From: Squalus acanthias
Taxonomy: Eukaryota
Reading direction: 5' to 3'
Assembly (NCBI GenBank): GCA_030390025.1
Contig: CM059432.1
Coordinates: forward strand, 147,314,001 to 147,378,000
DNA: 64,000 nt
Both the position numbers and the translations under genes were made by a program. The number at the start of each line of letters is the position of its first letter. Positions within the stretch are counted from its first letter, which is position 1. The notes beneath the pieces are model-generated. The model did no database searches and was not told the origin of the DNA. It saw only the letters and a list, made by a program, of their open reading frames with translations. Positions 10,800 to 22,115 of this stretch are shown here, one piece after another.

Positions 10800-12702
10800 G
10801 TGGCTCAGTAACCGAGGGAGCGAGCACGAAAGTTCTCAGATGCTGCACTGGAGGCCTTGGACGTGGCCGTACAATGAAGGAGGGCTGTCCTGTTCCCCCA
10901 GGGTGGTAGGAATCCATCCAAGGCCACTTGCAGAACTCTCTGGGAGGAGATAGCTAACTCCGTCACGGCCGCCAGTGTTGTCCCAAGAACATGGCTCCAC
11001 TGCCGAAAAAAGCTTAATGATCTCACACGGCAGGTCAAGGTGAGTGAAGGCTTCAGCAAATGCCATATCCCACAATCTGCACCACAAGCCTCACACACTG
11101 CTCAATGCACCTCACCCCCCATCACTCACCTACCAACAATCTCTATCTATCACCACTCACACCTCACAATCATGGCTTCACTTCACCCTGACAACCTTAC
11201 CACAGCTGCAACACTCACACCTTGCACACACTGCAAGCTATTCAGCTATGGCAGGCACATCATCCAAACACATTGCACCACACTCCCTGACACACTTTCC
11301 TTTCTCTTGCAGGTAAAGGTGGCACAGAACAGGAGGGAGCAGTGGCAGAAGGGAGGCGGACAAACCGCAATACAGAACCTCACTGACCTGGAGGAATCGA
11401 TCCTTGACATAATTGGAGGGGCCGTGATGGAGTCTGTGGCAATGGGAGAATTTGAAGCCGTTGCTGATAATGAAGTTATGGTCCTTCTTCTCACATCCTA
11501 CCTCCCCCTCATCCCATAATCTCTTCCCACTTACAAGCTGCTGATGGTGTATGCATGGATATCTTGCTTTCCCCCCCTCCCCTCACCACAACCCGACCCT
11601 TGTGCCTTTCTCCTTTCAGATACCCAAGAAGTGCCACCAGCACAGCCTGTGCCTGAAGTTGTGAAGGAGAGTGATGGAGGAGAAGGAGAGTCACCAGCAC
11701 AGCATCTGACACTCGCAGACACCAGCTCAGAAAATGGCGTTGCACGGAATGTAGAGGGTAGTATAGAGGTGGGATCTGCACATGGTGAGGCACCGGGCAC
11801 GAGTGGACTGCAGCAAGGCCAGGGGGAAAGGGTAGCTCGGGTGCCAGCTCCCCGGAGGGCGAGTTCGCGCATGAGTTCTGCTGCACACGACTCAGATGAT
11901 GACCTCGGTGGGGCAGCCTTCAGAAGAATGGTGATGGGCATGCACACGGAAATGCTAGGTGCAATGGCAAGCCTGCCAGAGAACCTCTTGTCAGTGTCAA
12001 GGAGCATGGAGGAGTCCGGCTCCAACATTGGACCGGGGCTTTGCGCAGAGTTTGGAGCCCATGATTTTCAGGATGGAAATGATAGACAACTCCAGCAGAG
12101 ACCTTGTGGACCCAGCCATGATGCTGCGTGTGATGTCATGGTTTCCATTGCAGCACAGGCGGAAGCGAGCCAAGGTCTCAGTGCTGGAGTGGAAGCTCAG
12201 ACTGCTCTCCTGCAGGCTCAGCTTGCTGCCACACAAGCTCAGACTGCTGCCATCGTGGCTGGGTTTACGAGTGTCGAAAGGGGCTTGCAGGGTGTCGCAC
12301 CAGGCCAGCCATCTGTCCTCCAACAACTTGCTAGGAATGCTGAGGCGCCGCCCCAGGGGGAGTGGCAGTGGGTCAGCGGAGCACAAACCTTCTGTCCTCT
12401 CTCAGGATGACAGCATTCTAGCTCCCACCACTGCCACTCTGCCATTGCCCTTGCCGCTGCCTATCAGCCAACCAGCCCAGACTGCTGCTGCCCATGCCGA
12501 GGGTGTGCAGTCTACCGCCAGGCCTTCTAGGCCCAGAGCTGCTTGAGGTCATCCTGCAAGGCCATCTGTAGTCCCCTCCACTGAAAGTCAGCAACCTTCC
12601 ACCAGCCATGCTGCAGTCACTGGGGGAGCACTGCGTAGGAGCACTAGAGTAGGTAAAGGCACACAAAAGACCGACACTAAGGGAATGCACAAGGGTGATT
12701 GG
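10800..12702 (+). pseudogene. Harbinger Myb/SANT-like DNA-binding protein, 3 exons, inactivated
   Basis: Exon 1 (10800-11039) reads ..RERARKFSDAALEAL..LFPQGG..LWEEIANSVTAASVVPRTWLHCRKKLNDLTRQVK, a Myb/SANT-like domain with 2 in-frame stops; donor GTGAGT at 11040. Exon 2 (11313-11475) follows ..TCTTGCAG and reads VKVAQNRREQWQKGGG; its donor is degraded. Exon 3 starts at 11620 after ..CCTTTCAG, with an Ala/Gln-rich coiled-coil-like segment and frameshifts. Confidence 0.85.
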
Positions 12703-12871
12703 TTGATATTGTAATGTTGATTATATTCTGATAAATTTATGATTTTTGTTTGGAATGTGTTTTTTGTGGTGTCTCTCATTTCAGCTTTGTGCTGAGGAGG
12801 ATGCTGTGATGTTCCATGACAGAGGGATGGTACGATGGGGAAGTGGTGAGCAACGGGGATCTGGGTTTCAT

Positions 12872-14196
12872 TCACTGGAATCGGAGTCTGATGAGGCTTT
12901 CACGGACAGCCCATCCAGAATGGGCATTTGCTGTCTGCCTCCTTCCTTCCTCCTCTTCCTCTTCCTCATCCTCATCCTCTTCCTCTTCCTTTTCCTCCTC
13001 CTCCTCCTGAGGTGGTCCCGCAATTCCAGGTGGCAAGGGCTGCGCCCTCATGATGACCAAGTTGTGGAGCATGCAGCAGACCACTACAAAATGGGACACT
13101 CGCTTCAGTGAGTACTGGAGGGCTCCTCCCAAGCAGTCAAGGCAGCGGAACCATTGCTTGAGCACCTGGATGGTCTGCTCGATGATGTTCCTCGTGGCAG
13201 CATGGCTCTCATTATATGAGTGCTGGTCATGAGTGGTGGGGCTGCAGAGCGGAGTCATCAGCCTGGTGCAGAGCGGATAGTCCTAATCTCCTAGCAGCCA
13301 CCCTCGGGTTTGACGTGGTGGCTGGAAGGTTGCTGGTACACTGGATTGGCGCAGAATGAAGGCATCATGACTGCTGCCAAGGTACTGGGCATTCACCATC
13401 ATGATGCACTGGGCGTGGTCACACAAAAACTGCACATTAAGTGAGTGATAGCCTTTGCGGTTACAGAACATCAGGATTTGTATACGGTGCCCGCAAAGCC
13501 ACGTGTGTGCAGTCGAGGGCGCCCTGCACCATGGGGAAGCCCACTATCCTGGCAAAGCCACATGCGCACTCGTCCTGCTTCTCTCTGTTCAGAGCGAAGA
13601 CAATTCTCCTGGAGTAGAGAGCCTCTGGTACCTCCCAGATGCAGTGATGGATGGTGAACTGGGAGATGTTAGCTATGTCTCCTGCTGCAGACTGGAAGGA
13701 TCTGCTGGTAAAGAAATTGAGGGCCACGGTGACCTTGAGGGCCACTGGGAGAGCCGTGGTTGCCCTGCTCTGAGGCTGCAGGTCTGGTTGCAGGAGATAG
13801 CAGAGTTCTATGACCACCTCCTTGGTGAAGCGGAGCCTCCTAATCAATATTCCCTCTTATTTTTTGGGGGGGTGCGTGGCCCCTTTAAGGGACCGCGCAG
13901 CCCATTCACAGTTTCGTGAAACTTAACATTGAAAAAAAAGGTCCTAGGCTGTACCGGACCGGCAGAGAGCCGTTTGGCCACGCAGCTTATAGGGAACGTT
14001 ACTCCTAATACACTGTTCCTCGCATAAGTGGAGGTAGGAGAAGTTATCTTGGAAGACCCTAGATGGGTAAGGCCTTCTGCTGAGAGCACTCCTTGCCCTC
14101 CTCCTTCTCCCTTGCGAGCATCTTCTCTTCTTTGCTGCCTCTTCTCCCATTCCTGAAGATACTTGAGCGTGAGGGGGACTGCAACTGGAGCCCCAT
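12872..14196 (-). pseudogene. HARBI1-like DDE transposase (Harbinger A), frameshifted and interrupted by a hAT MITE
   Basis: Motifs GFPMVQGALDCTHV, NRKGYHSLNVQ, GSSHDAFIL, WLLGD, HAATRNIIEQTIQVLK and CCMLHNL, plus an acidic poly-Glu C-terminus. Confidence 0.92.
13845..14001. mobile_element. 157-bp non-autonomous hAT element (MITE)
   Basis: Perfect 8-bp TSD CTCCTAAT at 13837-13844 and 14002-14009. Imperfect TIRs CAATATTCCCTCT / ATAGGGAACGTTA. Removing it rejoins HARBI1 EEQCI-RRLRF. Confidence 0.85.
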
Positions 14197-15163
14197 GACT
14201 GGGAGCAAGTGTTGTGAGCAGAGGCCTTTAAATGACAATGAAGGTGTTCTCCACTTGCACCAACACTCCCTGTCACCTAAGGAACTTGAAACAAGTTTAG
14301 AAAGCTGCTGGAGTTGCAGAAAGTTCCACAGGGCCGGTCAAACTGAGAAACCATGTCAGCTGCAAGTTGTTGATGATGATTCCTTTAAATATCGCTGCTG
14401 GAGTCTCCTTCCTGCTGCTGAACACTTGGTCAGCTGGTCGTGATTAAGAGAGGGCGGTAAATGGAGCGCCGAAGGCGAAAATGGCAGATCGTGCATCAAG
14501 TGAGCGTTGCACACTCATTGACGTCACGATCTGCCTCATTTTCATTTCTGCAGCGCTGCCGACCTGCCGAATATGGCGGCCGCCGCGGGACCCGCCGGAA
14601 GCAGGCGGAAGCGAGCCGGCCACCAATTCTTCTACGAAACGGGCCTCAATGGCCGTGCTAGACCCCTGGATTTCTAGGCCATTCTTTTTTACTTTGTTTT
14701 CACCCCTTCTCCCCAATTTGTGTTTCCCCTTCTTCTCTCCTTCCCAGCATTTGACACCCTGAAAAGTACTTTCAGCTGTTTTTTTTTTTTGTTTGATGAT
14801 GAGTTACAGAAATGCAAGTTGTTATTTGAAGATGGCATCTCTCTGTGTCTCCCTCTCTCACCCTTTGTACACCACCTGCGCTTACAGTTCACCACTAAAC
14901 CGCCTATTTCCATTGAACTGAATAATGGAACTAAATTCAGACGAATGCCAGAGCAACTGGTTGGAGACTTATTGTGGTCATTTAGCAAGGCCCGCTTTCA
15001 CAGGGAGCCACAGGTGCAAGTTGGACACAGGGCTATAACACCATGTAGGGTCATTTCAGGAGGCTCCACTGCTAGTGCAGAGCCGGGCCAGATGCAAATA
15101 TGGGTTGGAGACAAGGCTGTAAAGCCACAGCCATGATTCCCCAGCCTGCACCTCATTAAAATA

Positions 15164-15327
15164 AGAAGTCGCACAACACCAGGTTATAGTCCAACAGTTT
15201 TATTTGAAATCACAAGCTTTCGGAGCAGCGCTTGTGATTTCAAATAAAACTGTTGGACTATAACCTGGTGTTGTGCAACTTCTCACTTTTGTCCATCCCA
15301 GTCCAACACCGGCATCTCCGCATCATG
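15164..15327. mobile_element. Penelope-like fold-back insertion
   Basis: 54-bp inverted arms at 15164-15217 and 15230-15283 with 1 mismatch. Flanking direct repeat CTCATTAAAATAAG at 15152-15165 and 15328-15341. Confidence 0.75.
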
Positions 15328-16354
15328 CTCATTAAAATAAGCCACTGTATCTCCTTTATGTTTCTCTTCCAGAGGTTTGTAGCATGATTCGCCTCAGAGC
15401 ATATTCCCCATTGCCTGCTGGCCTCCGAGGATATGTGTATGCAACTTAAATTTCAATTATTTTGTGAGGGATTTGGGAGCTCAAATAATAATGATTTTTA
15501 TTTTTTGAAAAAAAAATGCCAGCACCTGTTTAAACAACATCAGGGTCAAAAAAAAAACCCTGGAGCCATTCCAGTGGCAAACTCATCCGGCACTTGGATA
15601 CGTCAGGTCCTGGGCTTTGCACTGGAGTTCCTGATTCACCATCTGGGTGTCGAGCATTGACCCATCCTTACAAACCCATCAATGTAAGGGAGGGCGGGAT
15701 TAAACCAGGCTTACCTCTCCAACAACTAGTGGGAGTGGGGGGGGAGCCACCTGGAGTCAAGGCCTGGGTCAGGGTATGGACCCCTGAAGACCAGGGGTGC
15801 ACCGTCATTTTTCAATGGAGCGAGCTGCCACCTGGCACAGGGGGTCAATGGGAGTAATCTCTTCCCTTTTCTTGGGGCAGAGGGTGGGGGAGGAAGACCC
15901 CGCACCCACCCTAACCCAGCAAGCCTCAGCCAACATTTCCAGACTCTTTGGCAGCGGTTTCCCCAGCTACCTCCCCACCTGCCAAAGGCATGCTCCTCGT
16001 GGTTCCTCCCTCTGCCCTTGTGAACTTTGGCAGGGTCAGTGGTGAAGACCATGGAGGGGTGCGTCTCTGCAGGTACACCAGAGATCTTTAGGGCCACCGT
16101 TTAGGTTGGTCAAACTGTATGTGCAGACGGGGCTTACGGGTCTACATGGACTGTGACTGTGATATAGATCTGTTCCTTGGAAGATGTTATTTATGTTTGA
16201 CAACTAAATAAATCAACAGTTAACCTGGCTTTCGATAGAGCTGCAAATTTTATTTAAAGAAAAAAAAGAGCACTCTGTGGAGCACACATCAGGAATGTGG
16301 GTGGAGAGATTAGCATGCCCCATTCGTAGGCAGAGAATCAGGTGCATTAACCTC

Positions 16355-16571
16355 TGCCGTAAGAAAACTACTCGGCACTTGGTTTAAGCATTAAACAAAG
16401 CTTTAATCAACTGTTTTACAACATGGAGGTCTAGTTGTGTCCTTACTAGTTCCTGTTGAGGAATGTCCTAAGCAAGCTGGGCCCATGCCCGAGTATTTAT
16501 ACCCTCCCTGGACAGCGCCACCAGCAGGCCGCCCAGTATTACTTCATACATGAATGACAAGATTCATGTCA
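16355..16571 (-). mobile_element. Probable solo LTR
   Basis: TG...CA termini and 5-bp TSD ACCTC at 16350-16354 and 16572-16576. TATAAATA followed by ATTAAA on the - strand. Confidence 0.55.
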
Positions 16572-17256
16572 ACCTCCATGTCAAAATTCCCAATATGTGC
16601 TCCTGTCCTGTGAAGATCTGTGCTGGGAGCACAACATTGTAAAAATTACCCATGTGTACTGTGTAAAAGTCTGTTCCAGCATAGACTCTACCTCACCCAT
16701 TCCATCGACTGAGATGACGTTGTACGTAGACACTCCTGACCCCAGCACCATCATATGGAACATGCAATGACATTTTGTTTTATTTTTGAAATGTTCTCCC
16801 CTCCCCAAGGTGCCGCCTTACACTGAGTATATTTTTATGGGTGTCACCAACCCTCCAGTGTCTCGCCCATTCCTCACGTGTGAACTTGGGCAGCAAGTTT
16901 CAGCAACTGTGAGGGGCATCACAGCACAAGCGCTGTAAAAAAAAGAGCAATTTCTGTCACAAATGCAATATCGTTAATGCTGGCACTGACGAAAAGAAAG
17001 TAGAATTGATCCAAAAGAATGCAGAGCAGTATGGGCAGTTGAAAGGGACGGCTGTACATGGCAATAATTAATGGTTCCACCAGAACTGCTTAAAAACCAG
17101 TACTGAGTCATGCATCATTTATGTATTACAAATGTGTCATATGACTGCTTGACAACTGGGCGATTGGGAAATTTTCCTTTTTAATTCACAAGTTGCCTCT
17201 CATGTCTGCTGCAAGTTGATAAATGAACTGAGCTACCAAAAAGCACCTGTGTACCT

Positions 17257-17810
17257 AAGAACATAAGAATTAGGAGCAGGAGTCGGCCATACGGCCCCTC
17301 GAGCTTGCTCCGCCATTCAATAAGATCCTGGCTGATCATTGACCTCAACTCCACTTTCCTGCCCTATCCCCAGATCCCTTGATTCCGCTAGAGTCCAAAA
17401 ATCTATCTATCTCAGCCTTGAATATACTCAAAGACTCAGCATGCACAGCCCTCTGGGGCAGAGAATTCCAAAGATTCACAACCCTCTGAGTGAAGAAATT
17501 CCTCCTCATCTCAGTCTTAAATGGCCTATCCCTTATCCTGAGACTATGCCCCCTAGTTCTAGACACTCCAGCCAGGCGAAACAACCTCTCAGCATCTACC
17601 CTGTCAATCCCCCTCAGAATCTTATATGTTTCAATGAGATCACCTCTCATTCTTCTAAACTCCAGAGTGTATAGGCCCAATCTACACAATCTCTCATCAT
17701 AGGACAGCCCTCTCATCCCAGGGATCAATCTAGTGAACCTTCATTGTACCGCCTCCAAGGCAAGTATATCCTTCCTTAGATAAGGAGACCAGAGCTGTGC
17801 ACAGTACTCC
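17257..17810 (-). mobile_element. CR1 LINE 3' fragment
   Basis: ORF 17345..17728 is a CR1 ORF2 C-terminus; CR1 tail present. Confidence 0.92.
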
Positions 17811-18413
17811 TAATCATTTATTCTCCAGTTATGGATTTAGTATGACATGCTATACAGTTCCACACAAGTCCACCAGGATTTATTCAGTTGTCTGCCTTCC
17901 CCGATTAGTAGATGAAAAAACTAAAAAAGTCACAAATGACAAGAGAGTTTTATAGTCTCAACCTAAATTGAAGTAAAACCATTGCACAAGAACAAACTTT
18001 GAATTTATTTCACTGAGGAACCGAAATCAAGGGTCATAGTGCAGCGCACCATCAACGCAAAAAGGGAAGTAGTTGCAGGCAGATAGAACATGCCTGAAGT
18101 GCAGCCAGAAGCCTTCAGACCTGAAAATCTCTGTGAAAGCTGTACTAACTTTTTTAGGCCTCCTTTGCCTTACTGCCTCCCACCCCCCACTCCCCACCCC
18201 CCGCCCCACCCCCCCCCCCGCCCCCCACCGCCCCCCACCCCCCTCTGAGAGGTCCTGGGCGCAAGGCTTACTACTCATATCTGCGGTTGGACACCTTTCT
18301 GGCGTATGTGGAAGAAAATTATGCCGCGTTAGGCCCCTCCCACCTCATTTCCAAGGATATCCCCTTGCTAGCGGTAGATTTTGTGTGATAGTGTCAAATG
18401 GATGATAGTGAAT

Positions 18414-18770
18414 CGGCAATAAAAACAGACAATGCTGGAAATACTCAGCAGGTCAGGCACCATCTGTGGAGAGAGAAACAGAGTTAACGTTTCAGATCGA
18501 TGACCCTTCATCAGAACTGGAGAAAGCTGGAGATCGAACAGGTTTTTAAGCAAGTGTAGGGGCAGGGAAAGGCGGGAGGGGAGGAAAGAACAAAAGGGAA
18601 GGTCTGTGATAGGATGGAAGGCAGGAGAGATTAAATGACAAAAGAGATGATGGTGCAAGGCAAAAGGAGATGGTAATGGGACAAGTTAAGAAACAAAAGA
18701 TGACTCTAGATGAAGTGTAAATGGCAATGGCTGAATGATCGACAGCTGCCATGTGAGAGAGAAAAAAAAA
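18414..18770 (-). mobile_element. Penelope-like element fragment (second family) with hammerhead motif
   Basis: AATGCTGGAAATACTCAGCAGGTCAGGCACCATCTGTGGAG block is also present at about 22140-22200 and reversed at about 43030-43110. Hammerhead motif at 18482-18518. Confidence 0.65.
18482..18518 (-). ncRNA. Minimal hammerhead ribozyme motif
   Basis: Minus strand reads AGTT-CTGATGA-A-GGGTC-ATC-GATCT-GAAA-CG-TT-AACT. Stem I AGTT/AACT and palindromic ACGU stem III. Confidence 0.6.
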
Positions 18771-19130
18771 GTCAATGGAAATCGGGAGAGATGTCAAACT
18801 GACTGACGATTTGCTATCACCCGTTTCACACTATCGCACAAAGTCAAGATCTACCCCAAGTACACTGACCCCCTCACACCAACCCCTGCCCCCGCCCACC
18901 TGGTGGAAGCCCTGAAAATCCCTGAGGGTTCCCCAGGTGCATCGGATGGGAAAATCAACCCCAAGATGAGGTAAGTCAGTAATGATCAAATGACACCAAG
19001 CTTAGGTTTTAAAAGTCTGAAGATTATGAATAGAAGGAAATACTGAGGAAGGTAAGGAGTTCCATAGTTTTCTGGTTCTGGGAGAGGATAAATTTGTAAA
19101 AGGAGAATGTGTTTTGATTTCAACAGTATC

Positions 19131-19524
19131 AGGGGATCTCATTGAAACTTATAAAATTCTAACAGGACTAGACAGACTAGATGCAGGAAGGATGTTCCCG
19201 ATGGCGGGGGAGTCCAGAACCAGAGGTCACAGTCTAAGGATAAGGGGTAAGCCATTTAGGACTGAGATGAGGAGGAATTTCTTCACCCAGAGAGTGGTGA
19301 ACCTGTGGAATTCTCTACCACAGAAGGCAGTTGAGGCCAATTCATTAAATATATTCAAGAAGGAGATAGATATATTTCTTAAGGCTAAAGGGATCAAGGG
19401 ATATGGGGAGAAAGCAGGGACAGGGTACTGAATTTGGATGATCAGCCATGATCTCATTAAATGGCGGAGCAGGCTCAAGGGGCCGAATGGCCTACTCCTG
19501 CTCCTATCTTCTATGCTTCTATGT
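19131..19524 (+). mobile_element. CR1 LINE 3' fragment
   Basis: GDLIETYKIL...FTQRVVNLWNSLP; CR1 tail. Confidence 0.92.
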
Positions 19525-19529
19525 ATGAG

Positions 19530-21740
19530 GATGCAGGGAGTAAATAGAGTGCATAAGTCGGTGTAGTTGGAGCTTGGATCTACACGAGAAGCTATTCCAG
19601 GGGAGCACTGACCATAGTCATTCTGATAAAGTAGAGAAAGAGGAGCTTAAACAGCCTCCGACACATGGGGATAGTTTGCACGTCTTTGATAGGGTGAACT
19701 TCATCGGAAGTTCAGAAGTTCAGAATTGTTAAGAGGAATAAATAGGCTTTGCACAAAAGAGGAAACTAATTTCCACGAAAGTAGTTTTAGCAATTGAAGA
19801 CATGTGAGATTTCCAGCTGTAATCTTCCAAAATACTGAGGTCAGGAAAATTGATCGATAAAGAAGTCATCAAAGGTAGCAGGTAGTAGCTGTCAGTTGGA
19901 CTTGTGACAGACATGTAGGTACACACCTTTATTTCCCCGAGTCCTTGTCCACCACTGGCACATATCGGAAAACTGTGGGCGTACCGCATGCAATTTCCTG
20001 TCCACTAAAGGACTCAGAAAATCTACCTGACTGTGTCTTTGAAAAATGAAAAAAAAAAAAAATTTTTACTGTCCCATTAAAGGGCCTGGAGGAAAACAAG
20101 ATGGAGTGATTTAGCCATTGTACTGTGAGAGGACCAGAGATTGGGAGCACTGAGGGGCATGCAATCTAAAGGAAGTTCATGAACGTTGAGTGGAATCATT
20201 GGCAAAAGAGTGGATAGGGTTGAATGATTGGTGAATTAGGTCACCGATAAAAAAGAAACAAGAGTAGGAGAGAGGACCGAGCCTTCGGGACACTGCATCA
20301 ATGGAACAAGAGTCAGAAATGATCCATCAATTACATCACAGATCGATGAGTTTGAGAGGGAAGTGGAGAGCGAAGAATGCAGCTTTTGTAGGAAACCATG
20401 ATGGTAACTTGTTTTGAATTGCATAGTGCTAAACCTTGTCAAAGGCTTTGAAGATGATGAAGGCAGTGACAGAAGGTTCACTAAAGTGTCCAAGATCAGA
20501 GATAAGAGATACGTAATATAATCACCAGTAGAATAGAAACATAGAAAAATAGGAGCAGGAGTAGGCCATTTGTCCTTTGAACCTGCTCCGCCATTCAATA
20601 TGATCATGGCTGATCCTCTATCTCAATACCATATTCCTGCTCTCTCTCCATACCCCTTGATGCCTTTTGTGTCTAGAAATCTATCTATCTCCTTCTTAAA
20701 TATATTCAGTGACTTGGCCTCTACAGCCTTCTGCAGTAGAGAATTCCACAGGTTCACCACCCTCTGAGTGAAGAAATTTCTCCTCATCTCAGTCCTAAAT
20801 GTCCTACCCCGTATCCTGAGACTGTGACCCCTCGTTCTAGACCCCCCAGCCAGGGGAAACATCCTCCCTGCATCCAGTCTGTCTAGCCCTGTCAGAATTT
20901 TATACGTTTCAATGAGATCCCCTCTCATTCTTCTAAACTCTAGTGAATACAGGCCTAGTCGACCCAATCTCTCCTCATACGACAGTTTTTCCATCCCAGG
21001 AATCAGTCTGGTGAACCTTCGCTGCACTCCCTCTATGGCAAGTATATCCTTTCTTAGGTAAGGAGAACAAAACTGCACACACTACTCCAGGTGTGGTCTC
21101 ACCAAGGCCCTGTATAACTGTAGTAAGACATCCTTGCTCCTGTACTCAAATCCTCTTGCAATGAAGGCCATCTCAAAAAGCATAGCAATGATCATGGATT
21201 AAGCCATAACTTTCAAGGTAATAGGTAATTTGAGAGAGAACAGCAGCTTCATAACTTTAGAATGTAGCAATGTAAGAGCAATGGGGCAGGAGTTAGAAGC
21301 ATAATTAGGGACGAACTTTCTTAAGTATGAACATGATCCAAATAAATGGTACGGTGGATATAAGAGGAAAAGGGATTGAAGAGATGAAATAGAACAAGGG
21401 TAAATTTGGAGGGGCACATCGCGAGGACAATGGGAGGGATGATACAAAGTGAGGATGGAGGATCTGACAGATCCGGTGAGGATAAAAGTGAATCATAATA
21501 GTCAACTAAAATGGAGCAATGAAATGAACAAGCTTCTTTTTAAAATACCAGAGTCAGCAAGATTAAAGCTGGAGGAGAAAGGTGAACCAGAAAGGTCAGC
21601 TTTATCTAGGAGAGCTAGCAATTGTAGCATCGGGATAGCAGAGAGGTGGGAAACATTTACAAGGGACCGGAAGGAGCAGCTGTTACGGGGCAGTTGTCAC
21701 CTCCTTCCAACAAAGTCATAGAAATTACAAGCAGAGTCAT
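19530..21740 (-). mobile_element. Old, heavily decayed LINE (Jockey/CR1-group RT), interrupted by CR1 at 20533-21171
   Basis: Remnant motifs PEGSVLSPTL (from VPQGSVLSP), WKSHMSSIAK and NSCPIALT in scattered minus-strand frames. Boundaries are approximate. Confidence 0.5.
20533..21171 (-). mobile_element. CR1 LINE 3' fragment
   Basis: ORF 20623..21078; nearly identical to the 3' part of 49980-52328. Confidence 0.92.
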
Positions 21741-22115
21741 TACAATTACAAGTTAACTCAGGATGCTTCAAATTAATCAAAACTTTTTACAGGAGGCAGC
21801 AGAATAACAGAAACAGTTACCCAAACTGTAAAGGGTAGATTGTAATGGATGGATGATCCTGCGGGGCCCACTGACCTCCATGCACCAATCCCTAATATAT
21901 ACTCTCAGCACATGAAGTACAACGCCAGGAGAGTGAATTCCTAAAATCTACCCCGTAGTGCCTGGTCTGACAGAAAGAGAAGCGTGCGATATCACATCTT
22001 ACACACCAGCCAGATAGACACACAAGAGCGAAAGCATCATTTGGACCATAACACGCAGCAGCACATTCCCGAAGACCAGTTAGCCGACTTTGTAACGCTC
22101 AATGAATTGGAAAAA

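Larger units (their letters stand above)
10685..14680. mobile_element. PIF/Harbinger DNA transposon copy A (two convergent genes, left end missing)
   Basis: Myb/SANT gene on + and HARBI1-like transposase on -, tail to tail. Right terminus GATTTCTAGGCC (14669-14680) resembles the TIRs of other Harbinger-type elements in the window. Confidence 0.88.

Noticed and set aside
11544..12410. 288-aa standalone ORF
   Set aside because: It is the frameshifted last exon of the Harbinger Myb gene, and its ATG lies in the intron.
12872..14196. Domesticated host HARBI1 (and NAIF1/MSANTD at 10800-12702)
   Set aside because: In-frame stops, frameshifts, a MITE insertion and multiple related copies indicate decayed transposons, so no gene symbol is assigned.
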